The notes below the pieces were generated by a model. The model saw only the letters and a list, made by a program, of their open reading frames with translations, ran no database searches and was not told the origin of the DNA. A stretch of DNA of 62,532 bases, filler included, from Dugesia japonica (Eukaryota): the NCBI GenBank assembly GCA_001938525.1. It is 7 parts of 7 records of this genome, joined end to end, with 100 filler letters (N's around TTAATTAATTAA, not from the genome) between each part and the next. Parts side by side here need not be neighbours in the genome. Positions count along the whole stretch, not along the records: positions 9,539 to 18,054 come from MQRL01503849.1; positions 18,155 to 26,337 come from MQRL01259320.1; 5 more parts are not named here. One strand, given 5' to 3'. Numbering within the stretch: position 1 is the stretch's first letter; every line of letters begins with the position of its first letter. The translations under genes and the position numbers were made by a program. Shown here piece after piece: positions 12,250 through 25,399 of this stretch.

Positions 12250-13310
12250 ACACATAACAAGCGTCACGTTTAACATAACAATATGAATGGTCAATTTTGC
12301 TAATCTTTAGGCAATTTGTTTGAAAAAATTTCTTTCCACGGGTATATCAATTTTGATCAGTTTTGTTCTTAAATTTACCCGGTGAGGTCGAATCAGGTTA
12401 ATTTTTAGATGATTCAGGTAATTTGGGTCAAATATTTTCTCGGGCTGATAGACTTTAGTCAATTTTTGGCTGGTCTAGGTAAATTTGATCGTAAAATTTC
12501 TGGAAAAGATTGAATCAACTCTATTTTTGAATGGTTTTAGATGGTTGTCATCTGAAATTTCCTCAGAGTTAATTTATATTAGGTTTTAGGTTATTTGGTT
12601 GATAATTTCTTCGATGAGGTTGAATCAATGATTTTTAGGAGGTTTTCATTAAGAATTTGCTCCGAGAGATCGTATGCGGTCTATTTCTTGTCTATCTTTA
12701 GTTTGATTTTAGTTTATTCTTCTCTCAGGTTGATTTTCGCTCACTTACTGATCTTTTTTCTTGTTATTCTCTTATTCAACTCTCCGCTGATTTCCCACGG
12801 CCCATTGTCTGCACTCATTAATGCTCTGCTCACTGTTCACTAGTCTTTGCTCTTTGCTGGTCTTTACTCTTAATGGTTTTCTCTTTTTCATTTTTATCTT
12901 CATCTCCTATTTCATTAAATTCTACAATTACCACATCTGGTCTCTGATTTATTCTCTGGTTGAATTTCCACTGGTTCAATCTTAATTTCTTCATTGCTAT
13001 CAACTATAAATAACACCTTTGGTTTTTTAACACCTCTAATTTTTTTATAGGGCGGTACACCTATCTCATTTTTTTCGAGTATTTTTATTAATGTTTCTTT
13101 CGTAGTATTAATAAATTGAGTTAGATGGTATGCGTACGATTTATAAAATGATTGATATGTGTCTTTTACTAGTGTAGTGCATGCAGGACATATGAAATAT
13201 TTATTTCTGCAATAATTAAGACCATAATACGTCTCCATCTTTTCATGACAGGAAGCATCATGTCTCAAACTAATACAATAATTTGGATATAGTTTACATT
13301 TTCCTTTAAT
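12250..13310 (-). pseudogene. Decayed Cys/His-rich ORF with repetitive low-complexity middle (possible TE/viral accessory gene)
   Basis: KCKLYPNYCISLRHDASCHEK...FICPAC at the 5' end, a charged repetitive segment, then DHSYCYVKRDACYV near 12250-12300. Intronless. Confidence 0.3.
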
Positions 13311-13437
13311 AAAAGATGCTTGTTAATCTTATAAATGATTTGAAAAAATGAAAAACAGTAATTAAAATAATTAGATTCAAATTAATTAAATAAATTTAAA
13401 TAATTAATTACAAATAATAATGTTTTTCTATGAAAAA

Positions 13438-13439
<2 letters not shown>

Positions 13440-13471
<32 letters not shown>

Positions 13472-13548
13472 TAATAATAATAATAATAATAATAATAANN
13501 NNNNNNNNNNNNNNNNNNNNNNNNNNNNNNNNNNNNNNNNNNNNNNNN

Positions 13549-13611
<63 letters not shown>
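13440..13611. repeat. (AAT)n microsatellite
   Basis: Direct inspection; spans a gap. Confidence 0.97.
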
Positions 13612-14348
13612 CAATTATCAGTAATCAAAAATAATCAAAAATAAAAAAAGATAATAATTATCATCAATATAATTTTAATATATATTAATTAAAATTAGAA
13701 ATTTCAAAAGTATATTAATAGTATTAAGAGTAAATAAAATAAGAACATTATAGAAGTTGAAAATGTTAAGATATTAAAATAATGAATATTCTGGAAAAAG
13801 TCTAAGCATTTAAAGTGTTAATTTTCATAATGCATTGATTGTGCATAATTCATAGGATTGGCATAAGGCATATGATTAGCATAGAGCATTAATTGAGCAT
13901 AATTCATAGGATTGATATAAGTCATTGGTTGAACATAAAAGAACATATTTGGACCATAAATTGGAATGTTTGACGCATTTGTAATATTTATATTTATATT
14001 CTAAAATTATAATGAAACAAAAATTAATTAAAAAACTAAAATATACTAGATGGATTGATCTTTTCATTTGATTAACATTATCATTCTTAGTCATATATAC
14101 ATCAGCCCTGTTCTATAAATGATAATTATAAATTTTTAAAATAAAATACAATTAATTTGACCTCATTATTCTTCATCACTGGATTCGTTTTTTGGATATT
14201 TTTGGTATTATTATTGTCTTTTCTGCTATTAATCATTCTACTAAAATATAAATTACAAAATAATAAACAATAATTTATAAAAAAACTCACTTCATTTAAA
14301 ATAAAAGCTTTGATCAAATTATTTTGTTTTTTTATTGATATTTGATAA

Positions 14349-14385
14349 CAATTCGATATTTCGACTTAGTCTTCTTCAAGAATAG
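14349..14385 (-). ncRNA. Minimal type I hammerhead ribozyme (C3 mutated)
   Basis: Minus strand: CTATTC-TTGAAGA-AGACTAAGTC-GAA-ATAT-C-GAATTG. Confidence 0.7.
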
Positions 14386-14402
14386 ACTTTGAATTGAAAA
14401 GT

Positions 14403-14439
14403 CAATTCCTGAAGAAGACTAAGTTGAAATATCGAATTA
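14403..14439 (+). ncRNA. Minimal type I hammerhead ribozyme
   Basis: CAATTC-CTGAAGA-AGACTAAGTT-GAA-ATAT-C-GAATTA: stem I AATTC/GAATT, intact core and palindromic ATAT stem III. Confidence 0.8.
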
Positions 14440-17400
14440 TTATCAAATATCAATCAAAAAAACAAAAGCTTTTGATCGAGACTTTTATTTTAAATGAATT
14501 CTGTAAAACGATCAATGGTTATGTCCAACAATTATTCNCCCAATAATTGCAATTGTAAAAAAACTCACATTTGTAAATTGAAAAAATAAAAAGTAAAATA
14601 ATTTAAAAGTAACAACCTTTTATTCATGCTGTGTAAATTAGTCAGTATACATGCTATTACATAATCATTTCTATACAAAACACTGTAGGTGTGTGCATTC
14701 CGAAATACAGCACAATATGTTTAATTAATTTTTTATTTAAAATACCACAACGTAATAAGTTAGTTACATATGACTGTAAATATAATTGCATTATATAATT
14801 ATCTATTTAATCAATATTACTTGAGTCATTATCTTTAATAATTGTATAGAATAACTACTTCTTCTAGAATTGTTACAAATTATATAGCAAATTTATAGTT
14901 AATTAGTAATAATTTATATTTTATATGAATAGACATCAACTTAAGTAATAAATTCGAACTCTAAATAATGATTAATTTTAATTAATACCCTATAAATAGT
15001 GCATTGCTTTAAGGATTAACAAGACTTTAGTTTATATTAGTGTCTATATAACCATAAATATTCAAAGAAATAATTACAAATAATGGGTTGGTAATGAACA
15101 TGAAATCAATAAAGCTGTGCACACTAAAAACATATATTTTGATCATATATTTGATACTTATAACTAACTTAAGTACATTAATTATCATAAGTATAAGTAG
15201 TATGTACTTCTATTTATTTGATGATTGAGGAGTCAATATAAAATGGGTAGATAGATTATATTTCTCAAATTTTCTGGAGTATTCGTTATGTAATATAGTA
15301 ATTAATAGCAACTGATCACTCACATTTCATGACAAATGATTACTTAATAGGTTCATTCAGCTTATTTGTTGCATAATTAAGACTTAACATATATCATTTT
15401 CCATAAAATATACATCATTTATCATCATCGGTTCACCATTTTGCTTGATCCTTTTCCTTCTACTTGTCCACTCCTTTGCTTGCTCATTTGCTCTTTCTGT
15501 TCATTATTTTCTTTAAATACCAAATAATCAGTTTGATTCTTAATAAAATTAATATATAGTTAGATGTTCTCATCTTTTGACTATAAATTGTACATTATGA
15601 AATGGTTTTATGAGTATTCTATATCTTTTTCAATACTCAATGGTTGTTTAAGTATTCCATAGCTTTTTAGAGTTTTCGTCAGTTTTATAAGGTTGTATTT
15701 GATCCATTGTTTTCATTGGATACAATAAGGTTAACTGATTAATTAAGAGTTTTACAAAGAAACATGGCAAAAGAATANAAACTTGATAAACCCATACAAC
15801 AATTCTATTGCGTATTAACCCAAAATATACAGCACATTTTCAAAATTAAACAATACTTTCTTCAAAGTATATTTAAATGTCATATAAATAGCCTGGTTTT
15901 AATTAAAACATACTAGTTTTCATTATTTCATAACAAATCACTTAGGTCAAGCAGTAATACACTAGATTTAATACATCATTGACTAATGACTTATACCAAC
16001 AAAATTTGCATTAAGTAAAATAAATCATAAAATTTTATCAAGTCCTTTAAAAATCCCATTAATTTCATACAAATTTCAATAGGTATACATTGATGAATAT
16101 GTACAAGTTATACAAATATAGACCGGTACCATATGTATAGATTAAATTATTATTATTACTATTAAGACCAATACTGAAACATATTGTTATTATTATTATT
16201 ATTTNNNNNNNNNNNNNNNNNNNNNNNNNNNNNNNNNNNNNNNNNNNNNNNNNNNNNNNNNNNNNNNNNNNNNNNNNNNNNNNNNNNNNNNNNNNNNNNN
16301 NNNNNNNNNNNNNNNNNNNNNNNNNNNNNNNNNNNNNNNNNNNNNNNNNNNNNNNNNNNNNNNNNNNNNNNNNNNATCTTTATATAAATGGCTTTGATTT
16401 AATACTCATCTCATTAAAATGGAAGCCATCCTTTTGAATTTATATAACATGAATATTGAAAATATCTCGGTGAAGAAGTAACAGTGACCAGCATATTGTG
16501 ACGATTCAGAAAATGACTGGTCATACAGTGAATAAGAGGATACAAATAGAAAATTATCATGAAGATCATGGTCCATTTTCATTAATAAATATTTTAAATG
16601 CAATGTGTTGTCTTTTTATTATCTTTGTGTTTCTTATTAATTGTTCTGTGATATATTAATTATTCTGTGTTATTGTTAAGTATTTTCATTTTGAAAGGTA
16701 ATATGTCAAGAGATTATACATAGATGTCTTAGGTAAACAGTAATTTCTTTACGTCTTTTACTACTTTAATTAAATTAAGCATAAAGGATAAATTGGATAT
16801 ATAATTGTTTTATACAAATTCTAATAAGTCTATTTAAATGGATGTTCTAATATCTTACGTATACAATACTTTCATATAAATAGAACCTGATTTTCTATAC
16901 AATTAACCATCATAAATTTAATTTATTTAACAANTATTCTATCCATTTCCATTAAACACTATAAAATTAAATACAATCAATAAACCAAGTATTGAAAAAT
17001 TATAAGTAAAATATGCCCTAGGTATTTGGATTTTATCAATATTAGTCATAAATACATAGAAATGAAGGAAATATTTCTACAAATTACTCAAAGTATTTGT
17101 TTTTAATTTTATAGAAGAAATAAGAAATGGAGAACGCAGAGGAGCAGATGAGTTGTAGGCAGAGGTGCACAAAGAAATACAGGCAGATGTTGATGATGAA
17201 AGATAAATTATTATACAATTTTAGAAGTGTGGGAAAATGGTACAGTTTCCATGAAGTGTCGGAATATTATAAAGAATTTCAGAGATGTATTAAAACTTTT
17301 TTACATAATTCCAGAGAAGTGATTGAAAATTTTTCAAATTTTTGAGTAGTCATGAAAGTTTATCTATCATTTCACAGAAGTCATGTAAATCTATCCACGA

Positions 17401-19437
17401 TTTCCAAATAGTGTGTGAAAATTAATAAAGATAAAGAAGTCATAAATTGTTTTACGCTTATAACATATTTCATACTCTATTTATCCATATCTAAGAATTT
17501 TCATTGTAATCATACATTTGTCTTCCTTTAGGTTAATAAAGGTTGTTACACATATTTGTTTTATGTATACAGGTAATCAAGTCTTGACAATAGAGTACTT
17601 AAAATCTGAATGTTATTCAGTCATGTTTCAAAAAATATGCCTACTATTGATTTTAAATAATTTTAATTAAAATTATTAATTAATTATGTTAACATTTTAA
17701 AAATATTTTGCTTAAAATCATTGCTTGCATAAATTTAATCTTTTCAAATTTCCAAAATTTATTATTCGTGTATATAAATCAAATCTTTCAAAAATTGTTC
17801 AATATTACAAAGAAAAAAATGTCAAAACTTGCATACATTCTATCTAGACCAATAAAAATCATTAAACCCAATACATCCATTAACCCAATACAGCCAATAA
17901 ATTTAGTACATTCAATGAACCCGAAACATTCATTAATCCTTGTAATGTTATTGTTTTTTCACAAAAATGTTTTTTTAATGAAATGCATGCATATACATAC
18001 ATATATGCAAGTATGTATGTATACCTTAAAATAAAAATTATAATAATAATAAAANNNNNNNNNNNNNNNNNNNNNNNNNNNNNNNNNNNNNNNNNNNNTT
18101 AATTAATTAANNNNNNNNNNNNNNNNNNNNNNNNNNNNNNNNNNNNNNNNNNNNTGCTTCATTATCCATAAAATAATTTATAAAATTATATCTGTAAAAC
18201 ATAAAACAACAAACAAATCTCGTCGCCCTGATTCATATGGCAGATTATCATTGTAAGTAGTGACGATTGTTTATTTCTTGAATGGAAACGAAACTAATCC
18301 ACCTAGATTGAATTTTTGCGTTCCTTTCTATGTCCAACAGAATCCATTTTTCTATTACATCATCTCTTCATAATTCCAATAAATAAGAATTTCTAATTCT
18401 CATTTAAATGACTAGTTAAAATTGTTAAATTGAATTTCATTTTTTTTTGTTATTTAATTATTAATAATAACAATTTTTTATTTTAGCAATTTATTTATTT
18501 TCAAACAGTGTTTGCGATAATATTGTGATAACAAACAATTTGCAGCACTTTATTTTTTTTGTGCCAATTTAAATGTCCAAAAAGAAATTTGTCCAAAATA
18601 TCTAAAAGAAATGCAAGTCTACCAAAAATATAATTTTCATTCCACCTGTTAAATTTGTGAAAGAAATAAATTTTCTAATAAATCTGAAATATTTTCGAAT
18701 AACTGCATTTCTACACAAGAAATCAACGACCTATCTGCTTGCTTATCGTTAAGTGAGGGTAAGTTGCCTTAATAAAAAAATCCAACAAATAATAAAAACA
18801 CCCAATTCAGTTTTCTGACCATTTTTAAGGGTCANNNNNNNNNNNNNNNNNNNNNNNNATAGTTGAATTTTCGAGATTTCAGCTTTGATCTTTTTATGGA
18901 TTAAAAAGAGTTTATTTAAAATAATTTAAATGGTTAATGTTAAAAAATTTTAAAATTACAAATAGAATTATTGCGAGAATAATTATTGAACAATTAATCA
19001 TTGATCGTATTAGACGAGTTTGGAAAACTCATAGAATCATTAACTTCAGAATTCAACTCCATAAATCTATTAAAATAAAAACTATAGCATCATTAATTGT
19101 TTAAACAAAAAAATTTAAAAATTCATATTTCAAAACGGAAAATGCTAAATATTTAATTTTATACTTTATTATATTTAAATTATATTTTGATTTTAAGAAA
19201 AATAAACTAAATTAAACATCTTTTATTCATTTAATTTTATATTTTAAAAATTCTTAAATTTAGTAATTTATTTTATTATCATTTTATTATTATTTTTCAT
19301 TTTAATAAATTCCATTTCCAAAAATAAAAAATTTAAATCTGTTTTTTAAAAAATAATCATACAGATCGCATTTCATTAAAATAAAGTAATACAAGCTTGT
19401 TGTTTTATAGATATTCGAATTTTCGACAATTGTCTTC

Positions 19438-19475
19438 ATATTCCTGCAGAAGAAAATTGTTGAAAATTGGAATAT
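19438..19475 (+). ncRNA. Minimal hammerhead ribozyme variant (degenerate) within a head-to-head palindrome
   Basis: ATATTC-CTGCAGA-AGAAAATTGTT-GAA-AATT-G-GAATAT. The inverted partial partner at 19411-19437 retains GACAATTGTC-GAA-AATT-C-GAATAT. Confidence 0.65.
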
Positions 19476-19802
19476 CTATATAACAAAAATTTATTTTGAT
19501 CGAAGATTTTTATTTATTTTAAGGAAATATTTTTAAAGGAAAAAAATTGAAATAAGTTTTTGAAATAAAATTAAAATCAAAAAAATACAATAGAATTTAA
19601 AACTGTGTATCAAATAAATTAAATAAAATAACATAAAATTTTCAATAAGTAATTAGTAAAAAATATTATTTTTAAATTGTAATGAAATATTTTGAAGAAA
19701 TTTTAAGCTGGATCTCAAATTATTTGATTGATTTAATTTGTTTGAATTAAAACAAATAAATCTATTATTATCTTTGTTTTATAATAAATTTTAAATTGAA
19801 AC

Positions 19803-20170
19803 TATTGAGTTGTAACATAATTTTCCGTGATTTTTATTTAAATCTTAGAGATTTCAGAAATGCAATGCCAAGTAGATAAATAATAACATTTTAAATATCT
19901 ATTTTTATTCGTTTTTAATCGAGGTCTAAAGGTTGCCAAAGCTAATTGAAATATTTGTGCTGTGTACGGATAATGTGCAATAACTCGGAGTACTGCAAAG
20001 GATTGGTTCACCAAGTTCCAAAATGTCACATTTCACCTTCAAGATACTAGCCACTCATCAGTGGCTCAACAAATTCTTTGAGACCAGACCTATTGAATTC
20101 TGGTGTAATCGTATCGACAGAATGGTGGAAATTGGAAGCAGGTCATAAATAATGACGAAGGATATTTAGA
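19803..20170 (+). mobile_element. Internally deleted mariner
   Basis: TIR-like TATTGAGTTGTAACATAATTTTCCGTGATTTTT. N-terminal HTH NICAVYG..AITRSTAKDWFTKF is joined directly to C-terminal WLNKFFETRP..FW. Confidence 0.8.
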
Positions 20171-20983
20171 ATATTTACTCGCCAATAATACTTACATTTA
20201 ATCCCCATCAGAAGAAAATTGAGTAATTATCTTACCATTCCTAAGAATACGTAAAATGAAAATAACTGGGCTTTGCTACTAATGTCAGTGCTCTCATCGA
20301 TTTGTTATTCTCACAATTTTATTTTTAATTCATTCTTTGCATTCATAAATTGTGTCTTTAGTTGTTTCTCAATATCCTCTGACATATTTTCTATTTTTTA
20401 ATCTATTTTTTATGTGAAAGTGGAATATTCTTTATTTCATTTTCTGCTTCATTAGCATTTATATTTTCAACAGCAATTACGATGTCGAGCAATATAATTT
20501 CTACAACATCTGAGTGTGGGTTCTTTTTCAGAGCTTATAGCTTACAATTTATGTTTGTCCAGGAATTGAAAAAAGTTTATTCATTTTATTTAGAGTGATT
20601 TTGAAGTTGTATTTTCATTTTCTCAAATTATATATTTATCTTTATATTCCCTTTGTCTAGTAGTAAGTATCTTTGATGATTATTTGGTTCGTTTGATAAT
20701 GTTATTAAACATCTCATACAAAATGACAATCGGCTCTCAATATCCGATGAACGAATTCTGAATTTTCTATAACTTTGATCAACTTTCTCTAATAATCCAT
20801 TTCTAGACCGACTCTCAGAACTGGAATCATTGTTTTCTTTGTTCAATTTATTTTAAGAAATTAAATTAAGAATTTAAGGAAATATAAGTTACTTATTGGT
20901 TTCAAATTTATTTCAATTACTCATTTATATATTTCAATATAATTCAATAAACAAACCTTTTTCACACATTTGATGGTATATAT

Positions 20984-21479
20984 CAATGTCGGGCAACCTT
21001 TTTCAGATCAAAGCGCACTTATTAAAAATCTGATAATTTCGAAAACGTGAGAGAAATTTTCTCAACAAATGTTTAATAAGTAAAACTCTAATTTTCATCA
21101 ATACGAACGTTGAGATTATTTTTTTTGCCGAATAAGATTGGTGTGATCATTTGAATTCACTCGCATGTGTTTGACTTAATTTCTGTGAGTGCTGAAAATC
21201 CATGCTCGTAAAAATAAGAGCTTCTAAATGGTGACACCAATTCTATTAATTTGCTTCTCAATAGAGGAAATAAAACTTCGAAAGCTTTATTCAGGAAAAA
21301 TTTCTTTGAATATTATATCATTCTTAAAATTAATCCAGTTTCTTCAATCTCCTATTCAATATTCTCAACTTCACACTCGATAAATTTGGAGGGTACTCTG
21401 AAATTCGGGAAAGTTCCAAAACGCTAGAAATTTTAAACAATTTCAAAGGTTTTTGCGGCGCATCGGTTGGTGACACTTG
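20984..21479 (-). mobile_element. hAT (Buster-like) deletion derivative
   Basis: TIRs CAATGTCGGGCAACC / GGTTGGTGACACTTG. The internal minus strand reads PFRSSYFYEHGFSALTEIK (hAT dimerization motif). Confidence 0.75.
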
Positions 21480-22019
21480 ATATATTTACTATGATATAAT
21501 TAATTTATTGCAAATTTTGAAATTTCTTCGCGATATACTGCCTAAAATTTTAGGCAACACACAGTTCGGACAACACTTTTCTAAATAAATATTTTAAATT
21601 ATTATTAGCAAATCACGGAAAATTATTTTACAATTAAATACTATTTTAAATTCAACGATGAAAATCTTAAACTCATCTAACATTAATTATTGTGAGTAAT
21701 GACTAATTAGAATTTATATTCCATTAATAACAACAGCAGTGAATAACAACAATTTATTCTGTAAAATAGTAGTTATTATAATTTTCATTTGATATGGATA
21801 GAACGGGAATATTGGAATTATTGGTATCATTACAATATTGGCAAGATATGACCGATTACCATCCGTCACATTCCCATAAGTGTACAAATACAAATAACAG
21901 AGAAAATTTCATCAATATTTAATATCGAATTTCATTAAATTTTTCTATTAAAATATTTAATAATAATTTACAGAAACTTTAAAATATTTTTTTCAATTAA
22001 TTTCCTTTAAATTAAATTT

Positions 22020-22185
22020 TACAATTACAAGAATTATTGCGAGAATAATTTTTGGACAATTAACCATTGATCGAATTTGAGATTTCATTAAATAAACAGC
22101 TTCAATTCAAATGTTGTTTTGTTTATTCTTCTTTCTTTTTTGGTAGATATTCGGGTTTTTTACTTTATTCTTCTTCAGGAACTTA
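22020..22185 (-). repeat. Hammerhead-bearing dispersed repeat copy (degenerate)
   Basis: GAATTATTGCGAGAATAATT...TTGATCG...TTTCATTAAA...TTCTTCTTCAGGAAC. Confidence 0.75.
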
Positions 22186-22483
22186 ACTTATTGATTGATT
22201 TAATCAATATTTAAATTGTTTGTATTTTATTGAAATTTTATTGGATAATTTTATTTAATTGAAATTTATTTAAGTTTATTTTAATTATTATAAACCACAT
22301 TGATTTTAGGTGTATCTTCTTTGATCAATGTTTCTTCNNNNNNNNNNNNNNNNNNAGAATTATGTGATGTTATTCTGGTGAAATTTTATATTTCTCTTGA
22401 AAGTGTTAAAATACTTCACTTTCTTTTTGCTTTAAATGTTCCTTAATTCTTGTTCGGATGGTTCTGCATGTTTCACCTATATA

Positions 22484-22854
22484 TATGGTGTTCCAAAAAA
22501 ATTTCGTTTTTTATAAGTTAGGAAAAATTAAAATGAACAACAACTATATATATTCATAAATGTATAAAAAATTAAATATAATTTCCAGAGGATGTCCCAA
22601 AAACTCTTGTATTTCTGTAGCCGTAAAATATTTTTCAGTCATAACACCGACAAAAAAGTCACATTTTCGGTTGTAACGTGGTTTATCATATTAAATTTGG
22701 ATGTGATGAGTATGAGCATTTGATATAATAAAACAAATGCAGTAAGTTTATTTCATATTAATTAATTTAAATTGAATTGAAAAAGGTTTAGCTTAAATTG
22801 ATAATTAAATTTTTCCTAACTTATAAAAAATGAATTTTTTTTTGGAACACCCTA
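22484..22854. mobile_element. Tc1/mariner-type MITE with ~50-bp TIRs
   Basis: GGTGTTCCAAAAAAATTTCGTTTTTATAAGTTAGGAAAAATT is mirrored by AATTTTTCCTAACTTATAAAAAATGAATTTTTTTTTGGAACACC; TA flanks. Confidence 0.85.
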
Positions 22855-24349
22855 TATATTTCTTGACAAATGGTGCATGTTATTTTATAAGTGGTATCAT
22901 GTTTTTTATTGCATATATTTCTACCATCACAAATACATTTGGGACCACAAACATTTTGTCTTACAAAAAACCAATAATTTGATCGAAGCTTTTAATTTAA
23001 TCAATTCCCCAATGAAATCTTAAATTAACTTATTAGATAAAAAAAAGCAAAAGTTTAATCATTTGATTTAATTTTTTCAATAAATCGAGTCTTTTAAGGT
23101 CAATTTAACTGCTTAGCAACACCATAGGTGATTTAATGCAAATTATGGGAGGTCACGATTTGTATTTTCTGAATCAAAAACAATCAATCAGCCACTTCAC
23201 CGCATAATCAATTAATAGTGTTAGATAATTCATTTATTAAAATAAAATTTATTATAATAAATTAAACAAAATCAAACAATTTCTTTTTTATTATTTTTTT
23301 TTTGAAACCATTTATTCAATTTAATTAATTATTTTCTGTTCAAATTTTCATTGAAAACATTCCAATAAAAAATTAATACATTTCTATCCTTTGATTAAAA
23401 TGGTTTCAGTTTGACACGGTTTTTAAAATTTCTGCAGTTTTTTTTTAATTCTATTTTATTCTGATTTCAATTTTTTAATTTTTTTGGTTAGAGATAAACA
23501 ATTATGGTTGTTGTAGAATTTTTATAATTTTATTAAAATTCTGCAGGTATTATACTATGCCGAAAAAAATTCAAAAAAACAAATGAAAAGAAAAGTTATT
23601 ACTTTAGAAAGTAAAATTAAAATTTAAGATCGTCTTCATTAAATTTGTCAATTTATATTTCTTGTTTTAATATGTAAAATGATTTCCATAAAAACACCTT
23701 TATAATGTTTGTCATTTTATGACTGGACCGTTATTTTTATGTTTTTAAGATATATTTAGTTTTATTTTTACGTTGAAATAAATGACTGAATTATGCACAT
23801 TTTAGTTTGTTTTCTAACTAACTGTAGACTTCAATTCAAGTATCAAATACTCGATACTCCAGTAAACTCGTCCATTTTTTTAGTATTCGAGTAATACTCA
23901 CAAATTATTTTATACTACAACGTTGAGAACTCTGCATACTGAACACTTGACTGAGATCTGATAAATAAAATTCATCAGTAAATATCATTTATATATTTCT
24001 TAGCGTTATATATAATTTCCTTTGCACACTTCAAATATTCCTCTAAAACCGCGATAAAATCTTTGAAACAGGAAATTATTAAAAAAAATACACTCGGAAA
24101 GGTTTTTTGGAGATGATTACTCTAGATGTGTCACATGACGTATCGGAATGAGAGATGAATTGCATTATTTCCTGATCCTATAAAACAGAAATTGGAAAAT
24201 GCCATTTCATCGATAGAATGCCAAAAACCAAAAAGGATTGTAGCGAAAATTTAAAAAAAGATTTTAAAAAGCTACATAATTTAAACAGCAGGAGTTTTTT
24301 TAAAAATTAAACCCTACTTTTAATTTCTTTTGAAAAATTAAAAAATTTT

Positions 24350-24680
24350 AAAAATAAATGCTTCTTGTTCTGATGTTGACGCATTCATTTCCATTCTAAT
24401 ATTCATCTTGTAACAGGTTGCAACAACATTTATTGTCAATTGATCAATGCACTGGAGAAAGTCGACCATGCAATTTTCTCCAGAAAAAGAATAATATTTG
24501 AATTTTTTCGCAGAATCCAATGAAGGAATTAACAAAAGCCTTACACCTATTAGAACATGTTTCATTCAACCATCATCTTCTGGGATCAGAATCGCTTCAA
24601 TATCTGCGTAAATAACAAAAGCCGGTGTTATTGTTTTTCCAAAATCCTTGAATCACAATTCCCTCTCTTCCGGCATTTTT
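24350..24680 (-). pseudogene. Polinton/Maverick protein-primed DNA polymerase B fragment (exonuclease region)
   Basis: MPEEREL*FKDFGKTITPAFVIYADIEAIL ... KH ... YYSFSGENCMVDFL matches the FVIYADFE exonuclease I / Y.SF.GEDC pattern of Polinton pPolB. Confidence 0.75.
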
Positions 24681-25399
24681 CAATCCGTCGATGACAACTA
24701 AACTGACCTCCGCAGCAGTGACGTAACTATTCTAACAACGGGGCCCCTACTAACATTTTTTTCATTTATTCAGAAACCGATAGATGATGTTACGTGGATG
24801 ATTATTTAATAATGTTGTTTTGTAGTTTTAATTAATTTTAAATAAATAATTGTATTTGATATTTTAATATTTATAAACGATTTTTATAAATAAAAAAACA
24901 AAAAAAAGTTAATTAAATATATGATTTTTTTTATATGTAAATAATAAATAAATAAATTTTTAAAAGGACCACCTTTTGTTTTTTTTTGTTGTTTAATCAA
25001 TCCGATTTTATATAAATTATTGATTATTAATTTGAGAAATTCTACAAAAAATTAATGATAATTTTATTTTAAATTTGTTAAGACTAATTCTTGTTATCGG
25101 ATATTGAAATGTTTTATAACTATTGTTTGATATGAGAACTGTAATCATTTCTACAACTGTTTCATTTCATTCCTTCTTCCTAAAATTTTCTCTATCTTTA
25201 TATCTATTACAAAACTCTTTCATATTTAATTACTCTAATTGATAACGGAACCGTAAATAATTAATTCTAGGCAGGTGAAATTGGATTTGTCATGATGATG
25301 TCATTGTTATTATTTTTTGACGTTTAAGTTGTCAATTTCTTTGATTAGATGCCCTAGTTTTTTCAATTAGATGAAATACATTGATTATTGTATTTACAG

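Noticed and set aside
13408-13614. Poly-Ile/Tyr/Leu/Asn ORFs (also 27505, 27563, 28403, 42670, 42750)
   Set aside because: Translations of (AAT)n microsatellites and N runs.
15400-18034. Possible decayed coding sequence (ORFs 16406, 17127, 17708)
   Set aside because: No diagnostic motifs recognised; too degenerate to call.
21780-21920. Possible extra cadherin exon (FDMDRTGILELLVSL)
   Set aside because: In-frame stop immediately upstream, no clear acceptor, and no LDYE/DxND motifs.
23558-23640. Tigger/pogo-like N-terminus KRKVITLESKIKI
   Set aside because: Only ~25 codons with no TIR or catalytic region; too short to support.
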